Below, in pieces: positions 42,980 through 53,423 of a stretch of DNA of 64,000 nucleotides. Below the pieces are notes generated by a model that searched no databases, was not told the DNA's origin, and saw only the letters and a list, made by a program, of their open reading frames with translations. Position 1 is the stretch's first letter. Every line of letters begins with the position of its first letter. Source of the DNA: Epithemia pelagica (lineage: Eukaryota > Protista > Bacillariophyta); the NCBI GenBank assembly GCA_946965045.2, contig OX337236.1, positions 248,001 through 312,000 on the forward strand, written 5' to 3'. Position numbers and translations under genes: made by a program.

Positions 42980-45900
42980 TCAGAGCGGTTTAAGGGAGGA
43001 TTGGGGCCAGTTGGAGATAGCCTGGGGAGAAAGGCAGACGTGGTGTCGATTGCATTGCAACGGTTGGCCTTCCGAGTTTGTGCGTGAACGATGGGGACCG
43101 GTGCACCCGACAACAGAGTTTTTGTCGATGTACATAAAGCAATATTGCTTTTGGTCGAAACGGGGAATGGTGAGGGAAGACGCGAGGTCGGCAAGGAGCT
43201 TACCTGAGTGGGTATAACGTTCTTTCCCTGCCGCGGTGAGGGTGACAAGCGGGACGAGAGCTTTTTGGCCAGGGCGACGTTGGGGTTGAGCGGAGTCAGA
43301 ACGAGCACGCTTGGGCGGTGGTTGGTCGGCAGCACGGTCAGGAGGACGGTCCGAGGGGGAGCGACGCCGTTGGGCACGATCGTAGCGTTCAAGAGGAGAA
43401 CGAGAGTCACCCCGGTGATCAGGACGAGATGGTAGGAGATAGTTGGGGGTGGAGCGGCAAAACAAGGGTGACATGGAGTTGGTGTGTTGGTGGGAGAGTA
43501 TTGTAGGAGCCGTAAATAAAAGGGTAAAGGTGGATCTCCAATCCAAACAGTAGGTGAGATTTGAGTCGGTTGAGTGCGGGCTCACATCGTAGATGAGAGT
43601 GCACTGGGGAACAAAGCCTTCAGGGTCTGCGGTGGCGGGGCAAGCTATTTTGGTACGATTCTGGGCGCCCCAGCGGAGGAATTGTTGAAACAGGTCACAG
43701 GTGTGATGGAGAAGGGCCTGAGATAGTTGTAGCGTGTGACTGGGTTGCGAGGAAGCCAATGTCAACCATGCATCTCGAGTTTGAGCTTGATCAAACTGAT
43801 GAGCTGCCCAAAGCAATTGACCGGCAAGGGGACCGCGGAGAAGAAAGGGGCTAAAACCTGGAGGGAATTGGGGGAAGGAGTCGTCGTTGGTGAGTACTGT
43901 GTTTAAGAAAAACACAATATGATGGAAGAACAGCTTAAACTGGGTGCAGGAGAGACCTTGTTGCGGGAGGCGACCCTCTGGGGACAAGGGGATGGACCAG
44001 AGGAAGTGCCAAGGAGTGAGGGATAGATATAATGACTTAGGGTCGTCGAGATGAAGAGTCTGACCTGCGTTGATACGGAATGTTCTCAGTGCTTTACGCG
44101 GGGCTTCTGCGTGAAGGAAAGACTGAGAAAAATCGACGCGGAACGGAGCCACCGGGTATTTGGAAGCTTCAATGGCGGCGGCGAGGAGGTCAATGGCCGC
44201 TACCTCGGCGGCAGAGCTGCGATGATCAGCGCCTGCGTAGGGCAGAACTTGGCGCAGCCAATCGTTGTTGAGATGGCTGGGGGTATGGAGAAGCTCGTGG
44301 GAATAGGAGGGACGTCTCGTGGTTGTGGGCAAGTTGGGGTCAACCAAACGTAGATCAGTAGGTAGAGCAACGATGCCCAGGAAGGCCCATTGGACTACAT
44401 GAGGTGGGAGTTGGTCGGTGTCTTGGAAAATAAAGCGGTCAAAAGTAAATTGACCGCGCTCTTCCATGGTGCGTCGGATGAGGGGAAGATACGCGGAGGA
44501 AGCCAAGGTGGAATGCACATATTTGAGCCGTGTGCTCGTAAACCAAGTTGGGTTGTCAACCGGGAGATACCAGGGTGAGGTAGTGGTGGAAACCAGGGGT
44601 GCGTCCCAGGCCTGACGTTGGTGCGCCAAGGGGTTGAAGGATTGGGAGTGGTAGGACTCCATGGCTGGAGAGGCTGGGTGATAATGAGTGGGTCGACGTG
44701 GTGGGTTGTGGGGTGCATGAGGAGAGGCGTTGGAGTAGGCATTGGCTGTAGAGGTGGAAGGAGACCGCTGGAGGCGGGGGGGAGGAAGGGGGGGGAGGAA
44801 ATGCTCCTGTCGCGAGGGAGGACGAGGCGGAAGTTGCTGAATGGGGTTTTGGGTGGGAAACGGCGGTGGGTCCGGACCGACGAGGAGACGATTTTGATGG
44901 GGTTGAGGTGGCGGCTGCTGTGGTTCCAGCTGCTGAGGGGTTGGAGGAGCACGCTGTTGTGGTTCCATCTGCTGGGGTTGCAGAGGAGCACGAGAGACAG
45001 GGACTGGGGCAGGAAACCGTGGCGAGGGGTCCAGGGCTGCTGGTGATGGAATGCGAGCCGTTGGAGGGTGAAAGGCTGTAGGACGACGAGGGAGGCTTTC
45101 TGCGGGAGGTTCCAGAGGGAATGGTCGAACTTCCGGTGTCTGGGGAGAGGAAGGAGGGTTTTTTTGCGAGGGTTTGTCCGGGGAATCGACATTCAAACGG
45201 GTAACCGTGTTGGGTTGGGGTGGGTTGAGGGACGAAGATGGTGACCGATCGTGTGGGGTGGATATGACGCGTTGAGCGAGATGATCGTTTGGGAGGTGAT
45301 TCAAAAATTCCGGAAGGTATTTTTGGACATCAAAGGAAGAAAAGGATTTGAAACCGTAGGAGGTGGACCACGACTGTGTTTGAGGGCGAAAGAGGAAAGG
45401 AACGTATGTGTGGGTGTTGTCCACGTGAGGGATGTTTTGAGGGAGGAACAGGTCGACGTCTTGGGAGGATAGCATGTTTGCTTTCTCCCGAAAGAAAGTG
45501 AAGAATTTGGTTCGCATGGTATGGGACGGATTGTTTTGGAGGAGTGCATCGGAGAAAAGCTTGGTTGTAAGGGAGAAGAAAGGATGCACAAACAGGGCTT
45601 CATAAGGGTGGATACGAGCCGGATAAGAACGGGGAAGGTTGGTAGAGATGGGGACGTTCTTGAGGGTGGTGAGGTCGGCTGCTATCTGCTTGGAAGTGTG
45701 CCAAACGGTAGCAAAGTCGTCGGCGCGTTGACTCACGGTGAGGAGCCAATCGTTGACAAAAGGGACGTCAAGCCAAGAGAGAGTTGTTGCCAAGTCTTTG
45801 AGATGGGAAGAACGAGTGGCTGGCATCGGGTTGTAGGTTTGATTCCAACCAAGAATAGCGTTAATTAAACTGGCGGAGTCAGGAATGGAGGCAGGATCGA

Positions 45901-46825
45901 AAAGGAGACCAATAGGAAGATGATGATGACGAGGAAGGGGAAGGGCGGAAAGAGCAATCCAGGAGCCCTCGATAGGAGAAGTGTTCTCAACTTGAATTGT
46001 GAGAATGGGTTCGTCGACGCGATGGAGGCGCGAGAAAATTTGATGGGCATGTGGGGGGGAGTCTTGGGAGGGGATCCAAAGAGAATGCCACGGGTCGTCA
46101 GGCGAGTGGAGGCGTGACGTAGACTGTTCAAGGATAACAGTGGAAAATAGGGCTCGGTGAGCACGGAGGGAGGCCAGTATGGAACTGGGGTGGGAAGTAA
46201 TCCACGAGTAGGGGTTAAGTTGTGAAATGGATTGGGGACGGATGCCCGATTGGAAAGCGAACGCAGGGGCAATTAACGTTGTAGGAAAACGAAACTGCGA
46301 GGAGCTGATTTTCTGGGGGGTATCGGAAAATACATGTGCTTGCAAGCCTTTTCCGTTGAAGGCAAACGCCGTGGGCCCGAGGACAACCAGGTAAGGGCCG
46401 GACGGGGGTGGGATTTTGGAGGAAAGCTTGCTGGGATCGGTGGTGGGAGCCGAGTCAAGCTGGACAACGGCTAGGAAGCCGGCAATAGTAGGTGAGTCTG
46501 CAGCCAGGGTATACTTGGCAGGGGAAGTGACTACGGTAGCGTCGGGAGAGGAATTATTTGGCCCAAAATTCAGGGAAAGAAGATTGGCCAAAAATTCCTT
46601 CTGGATTTCCTTGGATTTTTCTTCAGGGGACAAGAAAATAAAGTCTTTAGAGTTTTGGAGATCGGTAGGGTGAAGAGGAGACATGCCGGAGAACTGATTT
46701 GGATAGGTTGTGGTGGATGCCACAGGCTTGAACAAACCAGAAGGGGAGAACGAAAGGAACGACTGGGTCGTATCGGGAGAGATTAATCCGCGAAGGGTAG
46801 GATTAATAGCGAAAGATAACGACAT
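42980..46825 (-). CDS. Gag-like ORF1 of the YR retrotransposon (about 1280 aa)
   Basis: Uninterrupted ORF, P/Q-rich centre, C-terminal Cys/His cluster CFMY...CTGPH...CNRHHVC; first ATG outside repeat A at 46825. Confidence 0.85.
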   Translation of the reverse strand: MSLSFAINPTLRGLISPDTTQSFLSFSPSGLFKPVASTTTYPNQFSGMSPLHPTDLQNSKDFIFLSPEEKSKEIQKEFLANLLSLNFGPNNSSPDATVVTSPAKYTLAADSPTIAGFLAVVQLDSAPTTDPSKLSSKIPPPSGPYLVVLGPTAFAFNGKGLQAHVFSDTPQKISSSQFRFPTTLIAPAFAFQSGIRPQSISQLNPYSWITSHPSSILASLRAHRALFSTVILEQSTSRLHSPDDPWHSLWIPSQDSPPHAHQIFSRLHRVDEPILTIQVENTSPIEGSWIALSALPLPRHHHLPIGLLFDPASIPDSASLINAILGWNQTYNPMPATRSSHLKDLATTLSWLDVPFVNDWLLTVSQRADDFATVWHTSKQIAADLTTLKNVPISTNLPRSYPARIHPYEALFVHPFFSLTTKLFSDALLQNNPSHTMRTKFFTFFREKANMLSSQDVDLFLPQNIPHVDNTHTYVPFLFRPQTQSWSTSYGFKSFSSFDVQKYLPEFLNHLPNDHLAQRVISTPHDRSPSSSLNPPQPNTVTRLNVDSPDKPSQKNPPSSPQTPEVRPFPLEPPAESLPRRPTAFHPPTARIPSPAALDPSPRFPAPVPVSRAPLQPQQMEPQQRAPPTPQQLEPQQPPPQPHQNRLLVGPDPPPFPTQNPIQQLPPRPPSRQEHFLPPLPPPRLQRSPSTSTANAYSNASPHAPHNPPRRPTHYHPASPAMESYHSQSFNPLAHQRQAWDAPLVSTTTSPWYLPVDNPTWFTSTRLKYVHSTLASSAYLPLIRRTMEERGQFTFDRFIFQDTDQLPPHVVQWAFLGIVALPTDLRLVDPNLPTTTRRPSYSHELLHTPSHLNNDWLRQVLPYAGADHRSSAAEVAAIDLLAAAIEASKYPVAPFRVDFSQSFLHAEAPRKALRTFRINAGQTLHLDDPKSLYLSLTPWHFLWSIPLSPEGRLPQQGLSCTQFKLFFHHIVFFLNTVLTNDDSFPQFPPGFSPFLLRGPLAGQLLWAAHQFDQAQTRDAWLTLASSQPSHTLQLSQALLHHTCDLFQQFLRWGAQNRTKIACPATADPEGFVPQCTLIYDVSPHSTDSNLTYCLDWRSTFTLLFTAPTILSHQHTNSMSPLFCRSTPNYLLPSRPDHRGDSRSPLERYDRAQRRRSPSDRPPDRAADQPPPKRARSDSAQPQRRPGQKALVPLVTLTAAGKERYTHSGKLLADLASSLTIPRFDQKQYCFMYIDKNSVVGCTGPHRSRTNSEGQPLQCNRHHVCLSPQAISNWPQSSLKPL

Positions 46826-46877
46826 GACAAAGGAAGCAAAGGCAAAGACAAGAAAGAAAGAAGAAAGGAAGAAAAAC

Positions 46878-47017
46878 ACCAACAGCAAACTTGGTAAAGA
46901 TTGCGTTGCTCCAAAAACTCTGAGCTCCATGGCTGCTGTTGGCAGACTCCTAGACATAGCTAGTGTGATCTAGCTAGACTACGTGTAGCTACCTGAGTGT
47001 CCTGTCGCTGACGCACA
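46878..47017 (-). repeat. Split direct repeat A1 (5' end of element)
   Basis: Matches 36828-36967. Confidence 0.95.
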
Positions 47018-48145
47018 TGATCCCATAAATTCGAGCAGTATATACACTCCTCCCATAACTTTGAAGACATCTACTAATTGGAATATAGACGTCATTGTCT
47101 TTTTCACTTGTAATTCTAATAGTTTGTGGAATTTTGAACATTTTCATATATCATAGTCTACACTGATTTTGAAATTATAACAGTCGTTTCGTGTATCAAA
47201 ACTTGGATGATTTTTGTGATTTTCTCATCCCATCGACCATGGCCCAACTTTGAGCAGTACGCACACACTCAATATCCAACAGTAAACGTCAAGACCTTCC
47301 ATTCTGGTGTAAAATAATATGAACTATAGGACTTTGTCTTTATTTGTGATTTGACAGCACCGCTGTTGAGCATTCGGCAATTCCCTCTCTCAGACCATGT
47401 TTTTGCCTGCTTCACAGCATTGACCCTTTTTTGACACATTGAACCTTTCCTTGGTCAACTTTCGCCTCCACATACCATCTGTCTTGATCAATTGACTCTC
47501 CTTCATCCATTCTGACCTGGTTTGGCATCATTGGAAGATGATCCATGCCATTTTCATTGTCCGCCCTCATTGTCTCTCATGGTCATCGCGGATGGCCGCT
47601 CAAGTTCGAGAAAAGCGACTAAAATGACAAAAAATTCTCACTATGAATAAATTTGTACTCGAAATTAAAACTGGGAGTTTTCAAACCGTGTTAAGATGGG
47701 AGCAGTTTATGGGACACAAACCATATATCGCTAAAGTTTTATGGGAGTAGTTTATTTGCTAATCCGTTACCCTTAAAACCCGTTCCTTACGTATGGCGTT
47801 AAGTAGTGTAGTCTTGACTACTCCTATTTAATTTTCGAAAAAGTCACGCATACTGGGTCATTGTGAGTCGGCGCCACAACAGCAGCCACAAAAGTCCCGT
47901 CGCGTCCACAAATTGAAAAACACAAATTTTGGCTGAAAGATAGACCACGCCAATCATAAAAGACTCACAGCATTACTGATACCTCTATCTAGTTTTTAGT
48001 TATGAGTGCTATCTTGGATCTGTAGAGCGTCTGTCGATCAACCACAAGAATCACATCACGTCACTTCACACGAAAAACTGAAAGCTTAAGCCATGGCCTA
48101 GTTGTCAGAAATGGAGAAGGTTGTACTACGCCCGATGGTTACAAA

Positions 48146-48828
48146 ATGCTGGTCTTTCGTCCATCGAAAGGGTTGTGGGCACTTCGAGTTGTAAGCGGTC
48201 GATATCTGGGTAATTCTATGCCCAGGTATCTTAGCGCCATGGCACCGGAGAAGGAGAATACACCAAAGAGTTGGTGGGTTACCTGCGACAGTGATATGGG
48301 CATGAATGTCCTTAGTGGTAAGGGATGCACGTACGTACCAGCAGAATATCCAATATTAGTTCTTGGCCCGACGTTTCTTGCTGTTCGAGACGACGGCAAA
48401 TCGTCATGGGGAAACGGAGTCCCTAAAGAGCTTGATGATAAGCTTCGTGGAAAACAGAACTCTTTGCCGCGACCAAATTTGATCTGCTTGGGCCAAGATG
48501 GCGATTCAGCGGAAAAATCCAAACCCTGGCAACAGGTCTCTCTTCCGATACATACTACTGCAGAAACTCATTTGGCAATGAAATTTATCGTGGACTACCC
48601 AACGGATTGGATGATGCAATTCGTGGAAGGAAAAAGTCTCTTCCACCTGTCGGCTGTGTCAACCTTGGACCCAACGAAGAATGGTTTGTGAGATTCTCTG
48701 ATGGTGCATGGAGCTGCAGTGGAATAACCGATTCCTGCAACGAGCGTATTGACAAGCTGAAAGAAGGAGGCTCCCAGATCTTTGAGATTCTGTTTGGTTT
48801 CAACGACGCTTGGATGATTCGATACTAA
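48146..48828 (+). pseudogene. Hypothetical repeat protein split across two frames
   Basis: Internal repeat GVPKELDDKLRGKQNSLPRPNLICLG / GLPNGLDDAIRGRKKSLPPVGCVNLG; frame change near 48490-48530. Confidence 0.45.
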
Positions 48829-49440
48829 TCGTAGTAGCAAGAACTCTCAACTAGTGAAGATACCAACGCCTTTTAGGATCAGCCACAACGATTTTCGGGT
48901 CTTCGCGGTGGCGTTATTTCTGTGTAGTCAAATCGAGACATTACCGCCCACAACCCAAGCGCGGGATTGCGAATGTAGAAAATGTCTTTTCGATTTCTCC
49001 CTTGGTCGATTTACCAGGACAATGCACAATTTCGAAGCGACCTGAACACGATCCGTGAATCAAATGCGCCACAGCTGATAGGTTGTCCTGCAGCTCCTGG
49101 TGTTGCTCCATGAGCTGCATGATCTTGGGAGTCCACACGTAACCGCACTTACGAATCAGAGTGTCCACACTGTCGTCTTCACCAAAGCGTTCAACGCCGG
49201 GACAATTCGGCACACAGAAAAGTCACTGCAGTAATTGTGAAGGTGCGTTTATCTAGCCAGGCTTGAACACATGGGACCACCCATCAAATTTCCTTCTCTC
49301 AGTTCTATGAATTTGCTGGCGGCGTACCGCACGACACCCGGAGGACGTACGTGAAAGTATGAGATTGAGGTCAAACGAGAAGATGAAAGCCTTCCAACCT
49401 TCCAGCTCATCTTCGATGTCATCTATTCATTGCCTTCTGT

Positions 49441-50624
49441 TCAACCATCCTCCTCCTCCTCATTATCATCATACTCCTCCTCATCAACGTCGTCCTCGTC
49501 ACTGTCCGACTCGGGGACACAGAAGAACTCCCCTGCTGCAATTGGTCTCACAGCAACAACAGCAGCACTCCCATCTTCCAGCTCAACAACCTTGCAGTTG
49601 GGATCGGTGGAAGATCGGTGCATTTCGCAATCCGGCATATCCTTTTCAGTAAATACAATTGTCCCTTCTTCTATATTATCCGTTGCATACAATCCGTCTA
49701 CGTTCATCATTTGCTCCCCTTTTTTGCAATCCGGCAAGGTAGATTGTATAGCATCCGGATTATCCTTGCAAAAGAAATCCCTGGCATAAGACACCGAAGG
49801 ACACTCTTGCGGTAAAATAAGTGTGCGATGAAACCACAATCGAGTACTGAACAAAGCATAAAGATGAGTGAGTTCACCTGTAGATTCGAAAGAACAAAAC
49901 AAGTCTTCAGGACGTACTTGATGCATAGAATATCACCTTCTTCGCAGTTGACATGTATTCGAGACTCCTTGTCCCACTCTCTCACACCATGGTTCTTGAA
50001 ATGATCCAAAAGTTGCCGTGTTGGACGAATGATCCATTTCTTGGATCCAGACAACTGGTAGTGCCATGTACCGTCAAACGAGATTGAATCCGTGTGTTCA
50101 GGGCGACCTTCCAAGTTTAGATTGCCAGTCGGATTTAGTCCAAAGAATACCCAAATAGCACCGGAAGGGTATTTCCATTTAATTTCAGGAAGCGGATCTT
50201 CCAAGGGTAATCGTGACAGTACATGTTTGTAAGCCTTTTTGTCCTTTTGCACGAGAAAACTGCAGTAGCCACGTCTCCTGGTTGACGGTGTAGGGTTCAA
50301 GAATTCGTTTGGTGCAACGTTTTTGGTACCGTTTCGTCCATCACCAGGTGTTTCGACGCACCATGACGCCTTATCTTCGTCACTCAGACTCTCAAATAAA
50401 GCAACCAGGTCCTTCCATCCCAGCCTCCCTTGACTCTTGCCTCTATGTCCTTTGATATGAACAATTTGGTATTTTTCAAAAGCTTCTAGCAAGGCACTGC
50501 TTGCCTTGCGATCCTCAAAACGAAGTAGAAACTTTGGATCACAGTGATCAGGTCGCCGAATCCCCATTCTATCCAATGTATTTTTGGCGGCAAGAGAATA
50601 GAGCAGCCGTCGAGTGAGCTGCAT
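49441..50624 (-). CDS. JmjC/cupin 2-oxoglutarate-Fe oxygenase fused to a truncated SET-like domain; intron 49847-49917
   Basis: EHTDS, WHYQLSGSKKW, GDILCI-NTRLWFH after splicing; C-terminal HRSSTDPNC...VAVRPIAAGEFF; start uncertain (50624 or 50567). Confidence 0.8.
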
Positions 50625-50661
50625 CCTTTGAGAACAGGTACAATCGGTTGGCAGATGGTAT

Positions 50662-52662
50662 TTACCCAAGCATTTCTTGTCTCTTCTTCTCTTGGTATGT
50701 TCGACCCACTTCTGTGTTTCCAAACAACTTGGCGGCCTCGTCGTACAAGCGCACTAAATGTTTTTGGCTGCCGGAATCTTTGTCGTTTTCGTACGCAGAT
50801 TTTTCCACCTTGACAGCCTCTTCGACCAAATCGATCAAGCTCTGGTCGTCAAACGAAGAAGAAAAGATGGAACCCAAGGAGGATTCGATAAGAACTGTTT
50901 TGTAGACTTTCCGTGCCTGTGTAACGTCGTTCTTTTCATTGAGGTACTGAAGAAAGAGCAAGCAAGCGTCCAACGCATGGCGAACACCAAAGATGGGTTC
51001 TTCCATTTCCTGCAAGGGGACAAATCCAGGTGTCAAGAGTGCAATCTTCTCAAAGAGAGACATGAGACCAGTGTCGCCTTTTGCCTGCAATTTCGCTCCA
51101 AAGAGGTGAAGTAGCAATTCATAGTAGGTTGGATGGTTCATTTCCGTCTTGTTCAGGGCAGACTGAAGGATTTTAACGGGTCCTTCTTCTGACAATTCGG
51201 CGAGGTGAAGCCAGACTTTCAATGCGTCTTCTGTGGGCCTCACATCGGCAAATCGCTTCAAGCAATCCGCCGCTTCATCCTTTCGTTCCAGACGAGACAA
51301 CAACAGTGCTTGTTCCATGACAAGATCCGAAGAGAAGAAGTCGGCTTTTTCTGCTTCCTGAAAGAGAGTTTCCAACAAATCAATCCCCTTTGAAATGTCT
51401 GCATCCTCCTCGTCGTCTTCCTCGTCTTGATCAGCCTCTTCCTGCAAACTTGCAATATATCTTGTAATCATGCGAATGGCCTTCAAATACATGTCTCCTG
51501 TGGGGAGCATTTGAGTAGCCTGTCGCAACACATCCAAGACGGATGTACCCTCTGAAACCTCCCCTTTTGTGGAATCGTCGTTCAGCCGACGCTTTTTTGG
51601 ATTAGGTGCTTGTGTAGAACCTTTATTGTCCTCATCTTCATTGTCAGGCTCACCCTCGTCGTCATCCTCAGGTGATTTGTCGGCAGCTTTTGTCTTTTGC
51701 TTGTTCTCCCATTGGAACAGCGCCCACGCCATCCATGCATCAGGATTGTCCTTGCACAAATCGTCTCGAATACTTTGGACAATTTCCTTTTGAAAGCCTG
51801 CCGTATCGGGAAAAAGACGACATTGATCCCAAAACTTGAGCCGAAAGGCTACATCCTTGGGAATGGCCGTCACGGCGTTTCGAAAGACGACACGAGCCAC
51901 GTGAAAGGGGTCGGCCTCTTGTGTCTCGTCTGGTGCCGAGTCTGATCCTTCTTGTTTCTTGTTATCGCTGTTCTTGTCTTGTTTCGTCGAATCTCCTTGT
52001 AAAATTCCTTTTCGGGCCTGCAATCGTTGGACAAAATGCAATTCCAAGGCAAAGAGTTGCAACCACAAGTCGTGGGATTGTTGATTGTGCGCTCGAATCC
52101 CTCGTTGCATCAAGACACGGGCATTTTGCATACTTCCAAGGGCAAAAAATTCATGCGAGGCTGCCTCCCACCATAAACCGGCTTCATGAGGAAAAAGCTG
52201 CAAGGCTTCGGCAAGAATACGACTGAGTGCCGTATGGGCTTGGATTTCTTTGCAAAATTCAGCGTATTGCAAATACAAGCTCACATCGGACTTGCCAAAC
52301 TTGATGAGTGTCCGTCTCCACAAACGATGAATGTGATTGACAATGTGCGAATCACCAATACTCTTGCCAAGCTTTGTTTCGTGTTCGGCATTGGCCGTAT
52401 CGTCGGGAGTTTGTTCCTGCTGTCGTTGCCGGGCCAGCTTTTTGTAGCGCAATTGGCGCAACTTTTCCAGATCGACTTCGGCTTGAATATATCGCAAAAA
52501 GTCGGCCTTGCGAGCATCTTGAATCCTGCGCAGATCGTATTCCGAATTGCGACGGCGATCGACAATTTGGTGAATTTCGTCCGCTGTAAACAATTGTCGA
52601 TCTTGCAGATCCTGGAGGGCAGGGACCATCTCGTCCAACGCGGCTTGAACATCGTCCGCCAT
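50662..52662 (-). CDS. UTP6: U3 snoRNA-associated protein 6
   Basis: N-terminus LDEMVPALQDL...FTADEIHQIVDRRRNSEY...DFLRYIQAE; HAT-repeat features. Confidence 0.92.
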   Translation of the reverse strand: MADDVQAALDEMVPALQDLQDRQLFTADEIHQIVDRRRNSEYDLRRIQDARKADFLRYIQAEVDLEKLRQLRYKKLARQRQQEQTPDDTANAEHETKLGKSIGDSHIVNHIHRLWRRTLIKFGKSDVSLYLQYAEFCKEIQAHTALSRILAEALQLFPHEAGLWWEAASHEFFALGSMQNARVLMQRGIRAHNQQSHDLWLQLFALELHFVQRLQARKGILQGDSTKQDKNSDNKKQEGSDSAPDETQEADPFHVARVVFRNAVTAIPKDVAFRLKFWDQCRLFPDTAGFQKEIVQSIRDDLCKDNPDAWMAWALFQWENKQKTKAADKSPEDDDEGEPDNEDEDNKGSTQAPNPKKRRLNDDSTKGEVSEGTSVLDVLRQATQMLPTGDMYLKAIRMITRYIASLQEEADQDEEDDEEDADISKGIDLLETLFQEAEKADFFSSDLVMEQALLLSRLERKDEAADCLKRFADVRPTEDALKVWLHLAELSEEGPVKILQSALNKTEMNHPTYYELLLHLFGAKLQAKGDTGLMSLFEKIALLTPGFVPLQEMEEPIFGVRHALDACLLFLQYLNEKNDVTQARKVYKTVLIESSLGSIFSSSFDDQSLIDLVEEAVKVEKSAYENDKDSGSQKHLVRLYDEAAKLFGNTEVGRTYQEKKRQEMLG

Positions 52663-53423
52663 GGTGGTTCAAAATGAGTTCTGTAATTTAAAGCAGATGT
52701 AAAAGGTCTGTTGTCGTGATGCTCACAGGACCGTGAAAGTGTCTTGGAGTTCTGGTTCTGAAGTAAATAAGTAATAGAGGGAGGAAATCAACACAACAGA
52801 ACAAACAATGTGTGGCCTTCTTGAGTCCTGACTTCTTTGTTTTTTTTTGTGAGTCTTATTATTTTTGCGTCCGTTGTTGTGTTCCCGGGGCTGGGGCATG
52901 GCTCAGTCTTGCTCAGTCGGAGTCTTGGATTCAATGTGTCTGTGGTCTCCAGCGAAAGCATTTGCGACGGTCAGACCATCATGCAACTAACATGCCAATC
53001 GGCAACTCCTAGGAGTACCTAGAAAAGAGTTCGTTGTTTTATTCAATACTCCTAGCACCGTTCACAAGGCCGACAAATCGCATACATAAAGACTCAAACT
53101 CACATGTGATCTTCTAAATGGATCGACATGGCACGAAATGGACCATGAGGGTTTTGCGACATGTCCTCAAACCACTTGAGATACGTATGGTTCTTGGCCT
53201 AGAGACGACTGGTGACAATCCCGATGCTTGCTCCAAAGCATAAAGGCCCCGGTGACAATGGTGGCGAATGGTTGTTTGCTCCAAAGCAGGACATCCTTCA
53301 ACTGGCCAGGCTTTGCTAAACCCTTTGAAAGAATCATGGCAATCCTGTGCGCACATGACGACTCTGCCCAGTTGGCACAGAAATGTTTCATTCGTTGGCC
53401 AAAAGCTCCTTGCGGATTGCGTG

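Larger units (their letters stand above)
36638..47017 (-). mobile_element. Ngaro-type (DIRS order) tyrosine-recombinase retrotransposon, 10380 bp, apparently intact
   Basis: Split direct repeats in the order A1-ORFs-B1-A2-B2, gag-like, RT/RNase H and YR ORFs, no TSD. Confidence 0.95.
36609..47798. mobile_element. Non-autonomous TTAA-targeting (piggyBac-like) DNA transposon of about 810 bp, interrupted by the YR retrotransposon
   Basis: TTAA-CGCCATACGTAAGG (36605-36622) and CCTTACGTATGGCG-TTAA (47785-47802) form a perfect 14-bp TIR plus TTAA TSD. The 47018-47798 interior is AT-rich with repeated GAGCAGT and TTATGGGA motifs. Confidence 0.8.

Noticed and set aside
36623-47044. GAGCAGTATATA on both sides of the YR element as a TSD
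   Set aside because: The copies do not abut the element ends; they are better explained as subterminal repeats of the host TTAA transposon, and YR elements make no TSD
47018-47798. Possible transposase remnant in the TTAA element interior
   Set aside because: The frames inspected are broken by stops and no DDD motif was recognised
48941-49213. 90-aa minus-strand ORF
   Set aside because: GTG start, no homology recognised; at most a gene relic
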